From: Vicugna vicugna
Lineage: Eukaryota
NCBI GenBank assembly: GCA_013265495.1
Contig: MU058065.1
Span: forward strand, 8,535,819-8,599,818
Direction: 5' to 3'
DNA: 64,000 nt
A program made the translations under genes and the position numbers. Positions 50,965 through 64,000 of the stretch are shown piece by piece (position 1 is the stretch's first letter; each line of letters begins with the position of its first letter). The notes below the pieces were generated by a model, which was not told the origin of the DNA, made no database searches, and was given only the letters and a program-made list of their open reading frames with translations.

Positions 50965-51648
50965 TTTAAAAATTGTGGTAAAATATATTTGCCTTTTTAA
51001 CTGTATTTGAGTGTTAGTTCAGTGGCATTAACTACGTTCACGTTGTTGGGCAGCCTTCACCACCATCCACCTTCAGGACTTCTCATCTCCCCGGACTAAA
51101 CTCCATCTCCATTAAACAATAACTCCCTACTACCCCTTCCCCGCCAGCCGCTGGAAACCACCTTCCTACTTTCCATCTCTATGAATTAGAGTCCTTTATG
51201 TACTTCATGTTAATGGAATCATACAATATTTGTCTTTTTGTGACTGGCTCACTGAACTTAGCCTAATGTCCTTAAGGTTCATCCATGTTGTAGCTTGTGT
51301 TAGAATTTCCTTCCTTTTTAAAGCTGAAGAGTATTCTATTATATGTATAAACTACATTTTGTTTATTCATTCATCTGTCAACAGGTACTTGGATTGCTTC
51401 CAACCTTTGGCTAATGTGAGTTATGCTGCTGTGAACATGGATGTACAAATAAATATTTGTTTGGGTCCCTGATTTAAATTCTTTAGGGTATATGCCCAAA
51501 AGTGGAATTACTGGATTGTAGGGTAATTCTCTGTTTAAGTTTTTGAGGAACCACCATACTGTCTCCCACAGTGGCTGTACGATTTTACTTTCCCAACAGC
51601 AAAGTGCAAGAGTTCTAATTTATCCACATCCTCACCAACACTTGTTAT
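50965..51648 (-). mobile_element. Old L1M (L1MA/MB-like) 3' fragment
   Basis: agttcagtggcattaactacgttcac...aggttcatccatgttgtagc...tttgaggaaccaccatact...ccacatcctcaccaacacttgttatt. Confidence 0.88.
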
Positions 51649-53385
51649 TAAGATCACCTTTCTTAACCTCCATGCTGATCAGGAAAAGAGCTGATGACTT
51701 CAAGTTGATCAGTTTTCACATCCACGCAGAGTAGATAAGTGTTGAAACTAAGCCAGTCCCTCCCACTGCGTGTCAGCAGCAGGGACATCAGCCCGGAAGA
51801 GGCTGATGTCTGGTAGAATCTCCCTTGAGCTGCTTGTCCATGGAAGGGAAATGGAGAGGACAGAAAACTGGGGGGAGCCTTTTGTACCTGAACTCCATTC
51901 TGTTTTCCAAATACTAAAATGCAATGGCCAGGCCCTGTTTCTTTGACCGTTCTTTAGATTCTGTCCTCATTGGCCACCTTCCCCTGAGGCCCCAGAAAGG
52001 TAGGAGATAATTCACCCGGGGAGCACGTAGGGGTCAGTGACTTAGAGAAGATGGACAATGCGTTGGGGACCTCCAGGAAGATGCAGCACCTGTGGGAGAA
52101 GGGTGGGGAGCTGGCCACCTCTCCCCACGTCCAGAACTTCACTGTTGCTGTAATAGATCGCTTCAGCTCTGGGCTTCCTGAGTTACTGTGCTGGTGATGG
52201 GGCACATTTCCGGAAAGTAGACCACGCACATGTTTATCGGCAAGCAGGTGTGGGATAATTCACTGATAGGACTTGTATCTCTCCATTCTTTTTTTTTACA
52301 ACTTGCATATACCAGTTGAGCCTGAGAAGAAATGGAAACCATGAAGTTGCCTGGAGAGTTGTATTTTTTTTAAACTTATAGTTGACTGCTTATAAATTAG
52401 AAACACCAGGGATTAATACCAAGTGAAGCCTCCAGTAACCTACGTCAGAGCTGGCTTTGGTTTTTCGTAGAGCAAATGAGATCGTCAGAGATGCCTGCCT
52501 GTCGTGGAGTCAGGGTGCCTCCTGCATGCATTACCTGGGCTTTCACGGCAGCCTTTGGATGCAGATGAGCTATTTATTAAAAAGAGAGTGAGAGAGAGAC
52601 CCAAAGAGGTTTTCTCTTCTTGATCGTGTCCAGAAGTGGGCTTTGGACTCGGGGTTTGATGCCCTTCACTCTGGGGTGGAGGAGGAAAGCTACAAAGTTC
52701 TGAGCATTTAGGGCAGAATGATTTTCTTTGTTCTTTATTTTAAATGTGAGCAGGAATGATCATGTGGTAAAATCAGCTTATAGGCCTAGAACTTTATAGA
52801 AGAAAAAGTAAGACACTTTCCAACCTATTTCCCTCTTCAGGAAACACTAATGTGCAATTGATTTTTCAAAGGTGACCTGTGCTATTTCATGTACAGGATT
52901 TGTTTCAGTGAAAGTTCAGATTCTGCCTGATGTGTCTATTTATTGGTTAATTTTATTTAAAATGATGTGTCACATTAAATTAAGCAAGCTGGATTGGAAA
53001 TGAGTGTTGTTGGTTCTTTGTACCCACCAAAGTCTAATACTTCTTAGTCTTGATGTTAATTTTGTGTCAATAATAGAGAAAATTCTTTTCTGTTCTTCCC
53101 AGAGTCCTGCCTGTCAACTCAATATGAGGGCTAACTGGTTGATCTTGGCATTAAGTTAGAATGTCTGGTTTCATCAAACTGAGGACTCACTTCCAGTTTC
53201 ACAGCTATTCTTAGGTCTAACGTGACGGGCGTGTACATGAGGGAGGCTGGTGGGTTGTTCACGCAAAGCTCACAGGCTTGTGATACCGTGGGTGTGTCAC
53301 TTCCGCTGCAGATTTGGAAATCAGCTTTCAGGTCTCTGAACCTGATTTTCTCAGGGCACAGAGAGCTATTTGAATTTTGGGAGCA

Positions 53386-53882
53386 TATTAGTCAGAGAAA
53401 TAGAACCAGCAGGGTGAGTGTGTATCTGTATCTCTGCATCTCTCCATCTCTGTACCTATGCCTGTATCTATTTCTCTAACTATCTTATCTCATCCTATCT
53501 CTAGCCTGTCTGTTTATCTATCAGTCTGTCTGTCTGTCTTTTTTTTTTAAGGAATTGGCTCACAACATTGTGGAAGTTTGGTGAATCCAGAATCTGACGG
53601 GTGAGGCCAGCAGGTTGGAGACTTAGGGAATAGCTGCAGTTCAAGTTCAAAGGCAGACTTCCTTCTTGGAGAGGAGAGGCCCATCTTTGCTTTATTAAAG
53701 CCTTCAGGTGATTAGGTAGGCTCGCCCATATTGTGGAGAGGAATGGGCTTTACTTGGAGTGTAGGCATTTAAATACTAATCTCATCCACAAAACAAACTT
53801 CCTAGAAACATCCAGAATAATGTTTGACCAAGTATCTGGGCTCTGCGGTCCAGCCAAGTTGACACATAAAATTAACCATCAT
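53386..53882 (-). mobile_element. MLT2-like ERVL LTR
   Basis: aaggaattggctcaca...gaaacatccagaataatgtttgaccaagtatctggg...ccaagttgacacataaaattaaccatca. Confidence 0.85.
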
Positions 53883-55306
53883 AGGGGATTTTACTAAGAC
53901 TACCAAATTCACAAGAGACTTCCATATAAACCCAAATGCATGTACCATTTGGGACATAAACTTGACTGGTTTGTCCAGCCTCTCCCCTATAACATGAAAT
54001 ATGTAAGGGAAACTAGCGACCAGACTGGACGGTGACTGGGTGACAGGGGAAAAGGAATCAGATACCAGTGGCAGTGACATCTACGGAGCACTTACTGTGT
54101 GCCCGGTACCACGCCGAGTGCTTTCCATGCACAGCGTTCGTTGTGTTGTCCTCCAGATGTGACAGCTGGTGCTTTCATCTCCCGTATAAAGTTATTCCTG
54201 TTATTTGGTTAGGACACTCTGCCCCTGATAGTGGTAGATAGAGGTTCCCGAACATCACCCCCAGGTGAACAGTAGCCTCAGGAACTGGACACAGGCAGGG
54301 ATTTGGGAGGGCACACAGTAGAATAATGGAATCAAGGGGAAGGCACGATAATGTAATACTAGATGAATCTGTGACTGAGAACAAGGCTCAACTTGAAGAG
54401 GCCAGGCAGATACCCACGCAGAGCCGGCAGATTTGTGATGGAAGGGCAGGTCTGTAGACAGTGCAGTCCACGTGAAATACACAGATTATTGCAAATAGAA
54501 TGTAGAGCATGGCCAAGGCTCAGCCAGTCCTACCATCCTGTTTTCTCCCATGGAACCTCTTGACTCTTTTCCCAGTCAAATAATGACGTCATCTCTGTTG
54601 CTACACTTCTCCAATTGAAGGCACATTCATTTTCTTGATATATTATTTAATGTATAAAGCTGGACTAAGGGCATAGAAACCATTGAACTTTGAGGACTCT
54701 TTGCCCAGACACGCTGTGGCAGCATTCAGTCAAGTTCTACATTTTCCTCTTGACTGAGACACAAGAGAGCCCGCGGGCAGTGGTTGTCCTGGAATGGTGT
54801 CCCTTGTGATCAAAATAGCTCCTTTGCTTCCTCATCAGTCATTTTTGGCCTCATTCACCGTTTTGAGATTATTTTTAAGGTGGAGTAGCCTAAATACTGA
54901 ATCTAAATTCCATCAGCTCAGCCTCACCCAGCAGTTCTGCGGGTGACTGTCCATCCTGCGGCTCTTCTCACAGCATTAAACAAAGATATGTGTTCTTGTT
55001 TTAGGAAGTAAAACTCTGGAAATAAAAACATTTGCAGAAAAGAACTGGTTGAAAAAATAATGAGGTAGGATTTATAGGTACAGACTTGGAAAGATAGTTA
55101 GAGGCATTGGGTGTCGGGGTATGTATGATGTTTTATTGTCCCGTTGGTGTAAAAAGATACCCCATTTGTACAAAAGCATATGTATGCTAATATCTAGCGA
55201 TAACATGCCTGGAAGGTTACCCATGAACTTTTTATAGCCTTTGTGACCTCTGGGGAATAGAGATGGGGGGAAGGAAGGAGAGTTTTACTTTCTTATTTCT
55301 TTCCTA

Positions 55307-55400
55307 TTTTTTTATTTTTTAATGGAGGTACTAGGGATTGAACCCAGGACTTCTTGCGCGGTGCATACTAAGCATGCTCTCTACCCCCCAACCCCCGCCC
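55307..55400 (-). mobile_element. Degenerate Vic-1-like SINE
   Basis: tttttaatggaggtactagggattgaacccaggac...ctaagcatgctctctacc. Confidence 0.8.
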
Positions 55401-58400
55401 CACTTTCTTTTAATTTTACGGCCTTCTGTACTGTTGAAAAGTATTTTAGACCATATGCGTGTATTGCTTCATATACATATACTTTGTATAAAATAATTAT
55501 TTCACAGCATGCTTTGTGGTGGCTGTTTCCCTGCGTCTTTCTAAACTGCCTTGTTTTACTGTGGGTGTGTCGGAGAAAGAGGAAGGGGTGGGAGGAGAAA
55601 GGGAGGGGAGAGAGAGGGAGAGAGGTGGGGTGCAGGGGAGGGAGAGAGTGAGAGTCTGTAAGGAGCTGGTGGAGGGGAGCTGGGGCAAGCTTTGATTCTG
55701 CCAAAATGGACTGAGGTAGAATGTGCCTGAAGCAGTCAGTTGGTATTTATCTTTTCAACATTCTAAGATTCATCTGATAAATCAGGCTCTGTCTCTGGAG
55801 CTCGCCTCCCCTCCAACTGCCAGTGAATTCACATGGTAATTAGCAGAGCTGTGTTGGCCGGCTTCTCGCCCGCCCCCCACCCTCTCCACCACCCCTGCCC
55901 CCGCCCCTTCCTTTTATTTCTCTTGCTCATCTTAAAATAACTGAAAATGGCTCTTAATTGCACAGAGCCCTGAGAGCCCTGGATCCTGGTACACTGGGAC
56001 TTCAGGATGTGAATGTGCTCAGCTGGGAGATCTCGGAAGGCTTCCAGGAGTACCCCAGAAGAACAGCTTTCTGCTTTAGGTTGGATGCACGGGGGAAATG
56101 ACTACACTTGCCGGGTTCTGAGGAGGGCCCAGATCAGTGGCTTCACAGACTTAAAAATCCCCAAAGTGTTCTGGAAGGAGACTGTATTTTTCTTGACATG
56201 AAACCACTTTTCCATTTGGGTGCCCAGTCCCTGGGTACCTGTTGTCACATAATCATTGCACGTGACCATGCTGTTTACCACGCTGGAGGGAGCCATGCCC
56301 TTTGCTGGTTTTGCAAGAGAAGTGGCAGGTCACGTGGCTTATTAATACAAACTGGGTCCGCCCTCTTAAAAGAAGTGTGCTGTTTAATTACAAATTAGGT
56401 GAGATACAGTCACACCCAGGCTGGTTTACCACGTCCATTATTGTTATTAAATAACTTGGAGCCCTTTTAAGTGGACCTGAGTCAAAATTCACCTCGTTCC
56501 TCTTTGCATCAGTGAAGCTTGCAGTAGGAGGCCACACGCAGGTGGGAACCTAGAACCAGAAGACCCACATGCTTCTGCTGCTTAATCAGGCCCAGATGTG
56601 GGGCAGGTCATCAGGGAGGAGCAGGGCAGGAGGAAGAGCTTTGCAGAACCACCAGGATACTTTTTGTTTCATTGTGCAGCCAAGTGCACTTCAGTCTGCT
56701 GACGCTGACTTTTCAGTCTTACTTTTTTGCCAGCCTTGGTGAGTTAACCAGAAAGTTTTGAAACCAGGTACAAAGACAGAGATAAACACCGTGTGCCATT
56801 GAGTTTGTTGTTAAACACAGGACATGCTTTAGGGACGGGAGCTTTTATCCATTGGTCCCTGTCTCTTTGCCAACAGTCACTTCTTAAAGCGTGGGGAGCT
56901 CTGAGGACATACTCTTAAGCAATTATCCATCTGCCTCTCCAGGCAGAAGTCTGCAGGGCAGAGATGATGTGTCAGGATGCAGTGGACTGTTCGGAGTAGG
57001 ACTGAGCTACCTAGGGATGTATCTGTGACCAGCACGGTGGGCAGCCTTCACGTGCAGAACCCTTCTCCCTGCCTTTCTGGGGCCCCTGTTGACTTCTGGA
57101 GGGCCCTTCCAGGATTCTTCTCATGGTACCTTCTGGCTGTGCCCCCTTTGTTGGCCCCTCACTAAGCTCCCCCCTCCACCTCCCAAGTATCCCATCACTA
57201 ACATTTTTTCTCCCATCTTTCCACCCAATTAAATGTCCATCTACTCTGTGTAGGCTCAGCTCAACTGGAAGTTGAAAAGAAGCAGGTGTTAGGTCAGAAC
57301 CAGAGGAATTCAGTGAAGAGTGTGAATGATTCGAAGGAGGAGCTTGTGAACCCAAAACTCATCAGGATTGGTGACCTGTGAGGAAGAGAAGGGATTTTCT
57401 GAGCAGAGGCAGCTCAGCTCAGTGCCTTCCTGCTGAGCTTCCAGGTACATCCATGCATATTGTCAGTGCGGATTTTGGTCTTTCCTGAATTGGGGTTGGA
57501 GCAGCCTCATCACCTTGGAAACACTGCCAGAAACTTGTTATCTAAGCCCAGATTCCTAGGATAGGGATGAGCCAGACTGCTTCGTGTCCCGAAGGATTTT
57601 GTGGGACCCAAGGGCTGAACTGTTTTGAGGGATGAACTTTGACATGAGCTGGCAGTCACGTCCAGCACATCCTTGGGTTGCACAAGAGTGTGGACAACGA
57701 ACCAGGGGTGCCTTGACGTCTTCCTGGTCTGACTGAGATTAGGTAAGGCAGGGGCATTTGAGAAATGATCTCCCTTCGAGCTGACACATCCTCTGCTGAT
57801 GCTGAAACACTGACTGCCGTTCATACTACTCACTCGGCCTGTTCCTCTGCCCTAGTTTGGAAAGGTCTTCTCTTCCTCTCTTGTTTCTCCTGCTCCTGAC
57901 GCTTCTTCCAGCCACAGAAAGCTGAGGGCAGGGCTTTGTGAAACAGCCAGGTAGGGAAACGGGCAGAACCTCTGCTTGTCTCATCCACCCCGTCCCCCAT
58001 TTGCTTGCCCGCAGTATTTTCACCTCTGTCTGCTTGTCTTCACAGGAGCATCTCAGCTGACACTGGGTGGGAGTTAGTCATTGAGAGGAACTGGTCCAGG
58101 CCCAGATGTATGCAGGCTTTGGATTGCTGGGTGTTCAAAAGCAGCGTTTCAGTGACACCTCAGTCCTCACCTTCGTATTTTAATCCATGAAATGGTATTT
58201 CTCTTTTAACTGCTCTAAAGTGATGGTTGGGGATTAGAAAGCACCTTTGAACATTTGGCGACTGGATAGGCACATGCTGAAATGTTTCAAAATGACGATT
58301 TTCTGTTGTGTGGATAGCAGGTGGCACTAATGCTTTTTAACCGATCGTGGCAACTAACACTACTTATGGCAAACACCCCCGTGTTATAAGGACACCTGTC

Positions 58401-58702
58401 ATACCAGATTAGGGCTCACCCTAATGACCTCATTTTAACTTGATGACCTCTATAAAGACACTATCTCCTAATAAGATCACGCTCTGAGGCACTGCAAGTT
58501 AGGACTTCAGCATGTGAATTTGGGGGGGGGCCACAATTCAGCCTATAATGATAGGCATGCCAGTGATGGGGTTAATAACAGTCCTTTTGTTTGGTGGTCA
58601 GCTGTAGACCCTGTGGGTATTGCTGTGTTTAAAGGGTCTGCCCTCAGGGGGCTTACATTCTACTGAGAGGAGACTGACAACAAATTAATACAATGTAGGT
58701 TG

Positions 58703-59166
58703 TGTAGGGGTAGAAAAATTTTCCCTTCCTCCCTTCTAGGTTCTTTGGCTGGTCTAGTAATTAAGTTGATATAAGACAGAGTAACAGGAGGAAAACAAAT
58801 TTAATTCTGTATACACGGGATTCCCATAAAGATACGAAGACTCAGAAGGCAGCCACATAATGGAGACTCATCAACCATCCTGAGCGAAGAAAGCGGGTAG
58901 GGGTCTGGGGTTGCAAAGGGGAGGAAAGCCATTCACAGGAAGGCAGCGGAGATGTTTGAAAAATAAAGGTTGTCCTGTGCTGCGGATACGTTTCTTAAGT
59001 AAGAAATGATTACAGGTACAGGCCTCCTTTCCAGTATAAATTTACGCAGTTGAGGGAGACATCAAGAGCTTTTCTTGAATCTGCTGAGTTTTGATTGCCT
59101 TTAGCTCAAAATAATCCTTAGGCCAAAGAGACATGTTTCGGGGTGACAAAACCTGCTCCCTTTCCA
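58703..59166 (-). mobile_element. ERV1-class solo LTR
   Basis: tgtaggggtagaaaaattttccc...ataagacagagtaacaggagg...ttgattgcctttagctcaaaataatcc...tttcggggtgacaaaacctgctccctttcca. Confidence 0.7.
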
Positions 59167-59207
59167 CTGTGATAAGCACTCTGAAGAAAAATAAGACAAT
59201 ATGAGGG

Positions 59208-59793
59208 TCTTCTGCCCATTTTGGGATTGGGTCATTTTTTGTTATTAAGTTGTATGAGCTGTTTACTGGATAAAGGAGTTGTGGTATATTTATACAATGG
59301 AATACTACTCAGCCATAAAAAAAGAATAAAATAATGCCATTTGCAGCAATATGGTTGGACCTGGAGATTGCCATTCTAAGTGAAATAAGCCAGGAAGAGA
59401 AAGAAAAATACCATATGGTATCACTTGTATATGGAGTCTTAAAAAAAAAAAAGACACAAATGCACATATTTACAAAACAGAAATAAACTCACAGACATAG
59501 AAAACAAACTTACAGTTACCAGGGAGGAGAGAGGATAGGAAAGGTCAAATTGGGAGTTGGAGATTTGCAGGTATTAACTACTACATATAAAATAGATAAA
59601 CAACAAGTTTATACAGTATAGCACAGGGAACTAAATTCAATATCTTATAGTAACATTAATGAAAAAGAATATGAAAAGGAATATATGTATGTGTATATGA
59701 CTGAAACATTATGCTGTATACCAGAAATTGACACAACATTGTAAACAGACTATACTTCAATTTAAAAAATGGGGGAAAAAGAAAAAAAAATAA
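59208..59793 (+). mobile_element. 5'-inverted (twin-primed) L1 with 15-bp TSD
   Basis: TSD aagacaatatgaggg at 59193-59207 and 59794-59808; 59208-59265 is antisense ORF2; 59266 onward is sense ORF2 end plus 3' UTR. Confidence 0.9.
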
Positions 59794-60644
59794 AAGACAA
59801 TATGAGGGGGCAGAAAGTGACTCTGGGCTGGGGAGCAGAGACCTGAATGAAGTGGGGAATGAGCTGCATGAAGGGTGTTCAGGCAGAGGGAACAGCACAT
59901 GCAGAGGCTCCAAGGCAGGAATGACCATGCTATATGCTGGGATATAGCAAGGAGGCCAGTGTGGCTGCAGCAAAGGGAGCAAGGGAAAGAGATGCTCTCA
60001 TGCTCTGATGACAAGGTTGAGTATTTCTGTCTTGTAACCCCTAAAATATGTACTATCTGGCTTGAGGCCATCTAAGCTTTGCCTTTGGTTTAGTGCTCAA
60101 CAGACTTGGCTCAAATGCTTGTGTGGATTTAATTTATCATACAACGAGGGTGCGTAACCCACCTTTTTGAGGAGGGCTTCCCATGTCCACTGCTTCATGA
60201 TACTTTGGAAGAAGACATCCTCTTTGGAAACCGAGAGACTCTTCTAGCCTTTTCGTTTACGGGTGCAAAACGTTTTTCATTTACTGGTGAATTTTTTCTT
60301 TTGAAAAATACCTATACAATTATCCGTCATGTGAGATTAGTCAGAATTTTTAAAAAATACACTGTCATTTCCAAACATGTTAACTGTACCACAGATGAGT
60401 GCCGCACCACTCTTTCCCCTTTATATTCTGGGATTTTAAATGCAGAGGAATTGTTTCAGGGGCTTTGTTTGAATTAATTAAAGCCTGCCATGTTGATAAG
60501 GAAACAGCCCAGATGACTGACAAGGCAAAGGTCTTGAAAACTGGACATGGCTGCCGAGTTTGGGATTCACCAGGCTGCTCCCTAACTGGTTTGTCAAAGG
60601 GTCACCCATGGGTCTATAATAGCCAGTAAAGACCAGGATAGTTA

Positions 60645-60743
60645 GGGGGCGGGAAGATAGCTCAAGTGGAAGAGTGCATGCTTAGCACGCACCGGGTCCT
60701 GGGTTCAATCCCCAGTACCTTCATTTAAAAAAAAAAAACAAAA
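60645..60743 (+). mobile_element. Vic-1-like SINE
   Basis: atagctcaagtggaagagtgcatgcttagcacgcaccgggtcctgggttcaatccccagtacc plus A tail. Confidence 0.9.
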
Positions 60744-63700
60744 CTGGGGTAATTATAAGCCATGTGTTAACCAGCGAGTTTCTAGGCAATCACAAGACTG
60801 CTTCCCCCTAAGCAATTATCTCGCCTGAGGCTGTGGCATTACGTAATGCCTGAGGCTTTGTTAGAGTAACCTCCAAACACTTGAGCGGGGGAGGCAGCAT
60901 CTGGGGGCTCGGCTGAAGATTGTAGAGGAGTAAAAAGTGGATAGCAACTGAGGTACTGGAATGGTAAGGAAAAATGTTTACAAGGCTTGAATTTAAATGA
61001 TAACTCCCAACTGTTACAGGTGACATAGAGAGTAAGCATTTTGTGAAAGGGTCAGTGTCATGCTGGGTTGTGTTTGTGAGGGTATAACTTGCTGGAAATG
61101 TGCTTGGAGTGATTGCAGAAGTTGTTTAGTTTACAGCTCATGTCTTTAAAAGGGTAGAGATAATTTAGAGAAGGCATTAGAGTAGACAATGAAAATACAG
61201 AAAAACTAGACAGTAGAAATCAAGCTATGGTGGAGAGAGGGGTTGAGCAAAACACAGATTGTCAAATCAGATTGACATGGAGCACAGGTTTTACCTAGTA
61301 TCAAGCTTCACTGGTACTTTCAAAGACAGAGAATCGAGAGACTTAGGAGAAGCAGAGAGAGGCTGGGACATTGAGACTGCCTCCCTAGGACTCCGTCCCT
61401 CCACAGGATGCACATCTCCGACTCAGAATCCTGGTGGGTCTCAGTGGAGTTGTCTGTACTAAACCCTTGCTGTATTTGTGTCAAACACTTTTCCAGTATG
61501 TTGCTTGCCTTTGTATTGTTTTTTTTCTTCAGGTATGAAAGTTTCAGGTTTTTACACAGTTAGATGACATACTTCTCTGTTGTCTTTTAAAAGTACTAAG
61601 TACAAGACATTTGTCTAGGTGTAGCGATCAGTTAAATGGGATCATGGGTATGAAAGCATTTGTATAAAGTGAAAGACACACTATCGACACTAGGAGCAGT
61701 GACTCCTCACCTCCACTGTCGCCTGGAAAGAAGTTGCTGCCCTTAAGGACACCCCCAAGAATGTTTCTGGTGGGGTTTGCATAAAGAGGCGTCCCTTGGC
61801 AAACTTTGCCACATTTCATTGTATTTACATTTACCACACTTTCCGATTCGGAGGAGCCACACTCCAGGTGCTCACTGGGCATGCGTGACCAGTGGCTGCC
61901 ATGTCACACAGCACAGGGCTAGCCGCACAGGGGCAGCCAGCCCTCTGAGACATCCTCTAGACTCTGGGTTCAGACAGTCCGCTGTTACATCCAAGCCTGC
62001 CCCAGTGCTTTAATGTAGCAGCCTTCCTCGACGGTATACACTTAAAGAAATTGGCTGTTTCTATCTTGCCAGAAATTCAAGTCCCCCTTTCCTCTCCATG
62101 AACAGGAATTTAGTCTTATTATCCTTTGCCTTGAGTGACAGCAACTAATTTTCTCTTTTCCCTGTGGTGGCCTGAGCAGCAGAGCTGTGAACTGGTTCCA
62201 GCAAGTTGATTGGGAGTAACAGTGTCACAGGGAAACACCAGGCCCCAGTTCTTCCCGCTGGCGGCTTTAGCCAAGTCACACCCTGCATTTGGTCTTCCCC
62301 CCACCTCTAAAGCTGTCTGACTTGAACCCCCCAAATCAGACAAAACTGACTTGAAATCTCTTTGCTTAACAATGGCACACTTTTGCAGCCAGAGCTGCAA
62401 ACTATCCCTTGGCTTAATCTGGTTAAAACCAGATAAAGAATTAGGTCAAAGGCCTCTAGCTGCAAAGCAGTCTGTTTCCAGAACTCCAGCGGAGCTGTGG
62501 AATAAAAATAAGCAGGGAGAGTTGGAAAAGCATTATTGGTGTTTGCATTTGACTTGTTCTAGGTCAAAATTCTAGCTCTGGTTCTAAGTCGTAACGTAGG
62601 AGCTTGCAGAGGGCAACAGGACTGCATGAGCAACCAGGGAAGGATGTGCCTTTCAGAGGTGCCCCTGGGAGTCATTGCAGGATGATACTTGGGGTCTGAG
62701 GCTCTGCATGGTCTGTTGAGTCGAAACACCCAAACCGCCAGACCTTAGGAAAATTTCACTTTATTTTCTTCTAAGTGTTAGAGCATCCGGCATCAGTGCA
62801 GCAGGTCACCCAGCTGAGGCCCCGCTTTCCCTGGGATTCGGAGAAGAAACTAGAAGAGAGCTCCAGGAGGTCAGAGGGGAGGAGACCCAGATGCAGATCT
62901 GCAACCCAGAGGCTTGTTCTTATCTCTCTGGATTGGTGGGTCTGAGGAGGCTGAGAGAGAGAGAACCGCATCAGAGTTTGACCTCCCCAACTCAAAAGGC
63001 TCATTTCCATAGGCCCTAGTTACCAACAGATAGACAGCAAGTGTCCCGGAGAGGTGAGCTGTCTTGCCTACAAGGCCAAGCCTTGTTGGGAGCTGTTGGA
63101 GGGCCCTCCAGATTCTGGAGCCCCCAGGGACTAAGTGCCAGGCGCCTGGGCACTGGGTTCTTCTTGGCCTCCACTCCCTACCCGCCCCCTCCGAGGCTCA
63201 TCTAGTCTGTGGTCTGTCCTCTAATCCACTGAGTTTCTCTGCTCTGTCATTTGATCTGCGCCGTTTGGGCTGCGGTGGAAATAGAGGGCTAAGGAGTGGA
63301 GCGCCGTCTAGGAACAGTGACATGCAGTCCTGTCCCTCCTGCTCACACGCCGTGTGGGATCAGAGAGAATGGGCTTCTGTAGTCCCGACAGAGGATGCCT
63401 GTCCTGGGTGTGTGGCCTTGACATTGTCCAGACCAGCTCTGAGCTTCCTCTGCATAATCACCTCTCTCCCCTCGCCCCTACCGCCCCAGCCCCTCGCACT
63501 GGGATCTGGTTGCTGGGCAGTGAGGGGTGTGTGGCTGGCGGGGGGCAGCTGGAGAGCAAGGCGGGGGCCTGTCTGTCTTCTGGACCCGAGCGGCCAGGCC
63601 AGAGCTGCTTTTGGAATGGAAGCCCCTGCACATTATGTTCCATTTCTCTCATTGTGTCCCAGTTTCCACGTTGGTGGAGGGAAGGACAATGTAATGAGCT

Positions 63701-63767
63701 GAATTTGTGCTTAATTGGTGCAGCGTAAGAGTACTGAGAGGAACATGGGTTATGGAGTCGGACAGAC

Positions 63768-64000
63768 TTTAAAAAGAAAATTTACTGAAGTAGAGTTGAT
63801 TTATAATGTTATGTTAGTTTCAGGTGTACAGCAAGTGATTCAGCTGTACATATATGTACATATTTATTCTTTTTCAGATTCTTTTCCATTATAGGCTGTT
63901 ACAAGCTACTGAATACAGTTCCCTGTGCTCTACAGCAGGACCTTGTTGTGTATCTATTTTATATATAGCAGTGTGTATCTGTTAATCCCAGACTCCTAAT
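63768..64000 (-). mobile_element. L1 3' UTR, continues beyond window
   Basis: tttactgaagtagagttgatttataatgtt...tcaggtgtacagcaagtgattcag...gaatacagttccctgtgctctacagcagg. Confidence 0.85.

Noticed and set aside
58311..58329. Second CTCF-like sequence tggatagcaggtggcacta
   Set aside because: Lacks the conserved CC of the core.
63064..63702. 212-aa plus ORF
   Set aside because: Non-ATG start, GC-rich intronic DNA, no recognisable domain or splice support.
44334..64000. MREG exon 3 (expected EWQKLNYDI-like peptide)
   Set aside because: Not found; presumed beyond the window in a long intron 2, not evidence of gene loss.

Overview
Mammalian genomic DNA, most likely camelid (alpaca, llama or camel), judged from seven copies of a tRNA-derived SINE matching my recollection of Vic-1. 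It is the PECR-MREG locus, both genes on +. PECR contributes its last two coding exons (4587-4698; 7036-7121, ending in the PTS1 signal AKL*; AATAAA at 7275). MREG (melanoregulin) has a CpG-island promoter, coding exon 1 (25897-25994) and exon 2 (44174-44333); its later exons were not found in the window. The rest is intron and intergenic sequence rich in repeats: a young sense-strand L1 with 479 uninterrupted ORF2 codons, L1 3' fragments (one twin-primed and 5'-inverted), an ERVL provirus relic, solo LTRs, MaLR, L2, MIR and MER elements. I found no evidence for a new multi-gene system. The least explained structure is a composite module present three times: direct copies at 3646 and 18496 with patchy near-identity, and an inverted copy at 7961. 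Other leads are an extra Tyr in the MREG acylated Cys cluster, an overlapping uORF, a candidate alternative MREG exon, a CTCF site between the genes and MITF/retinal motif clusters. Repeat family names and orthologue comparisons are from memory, not from searches.
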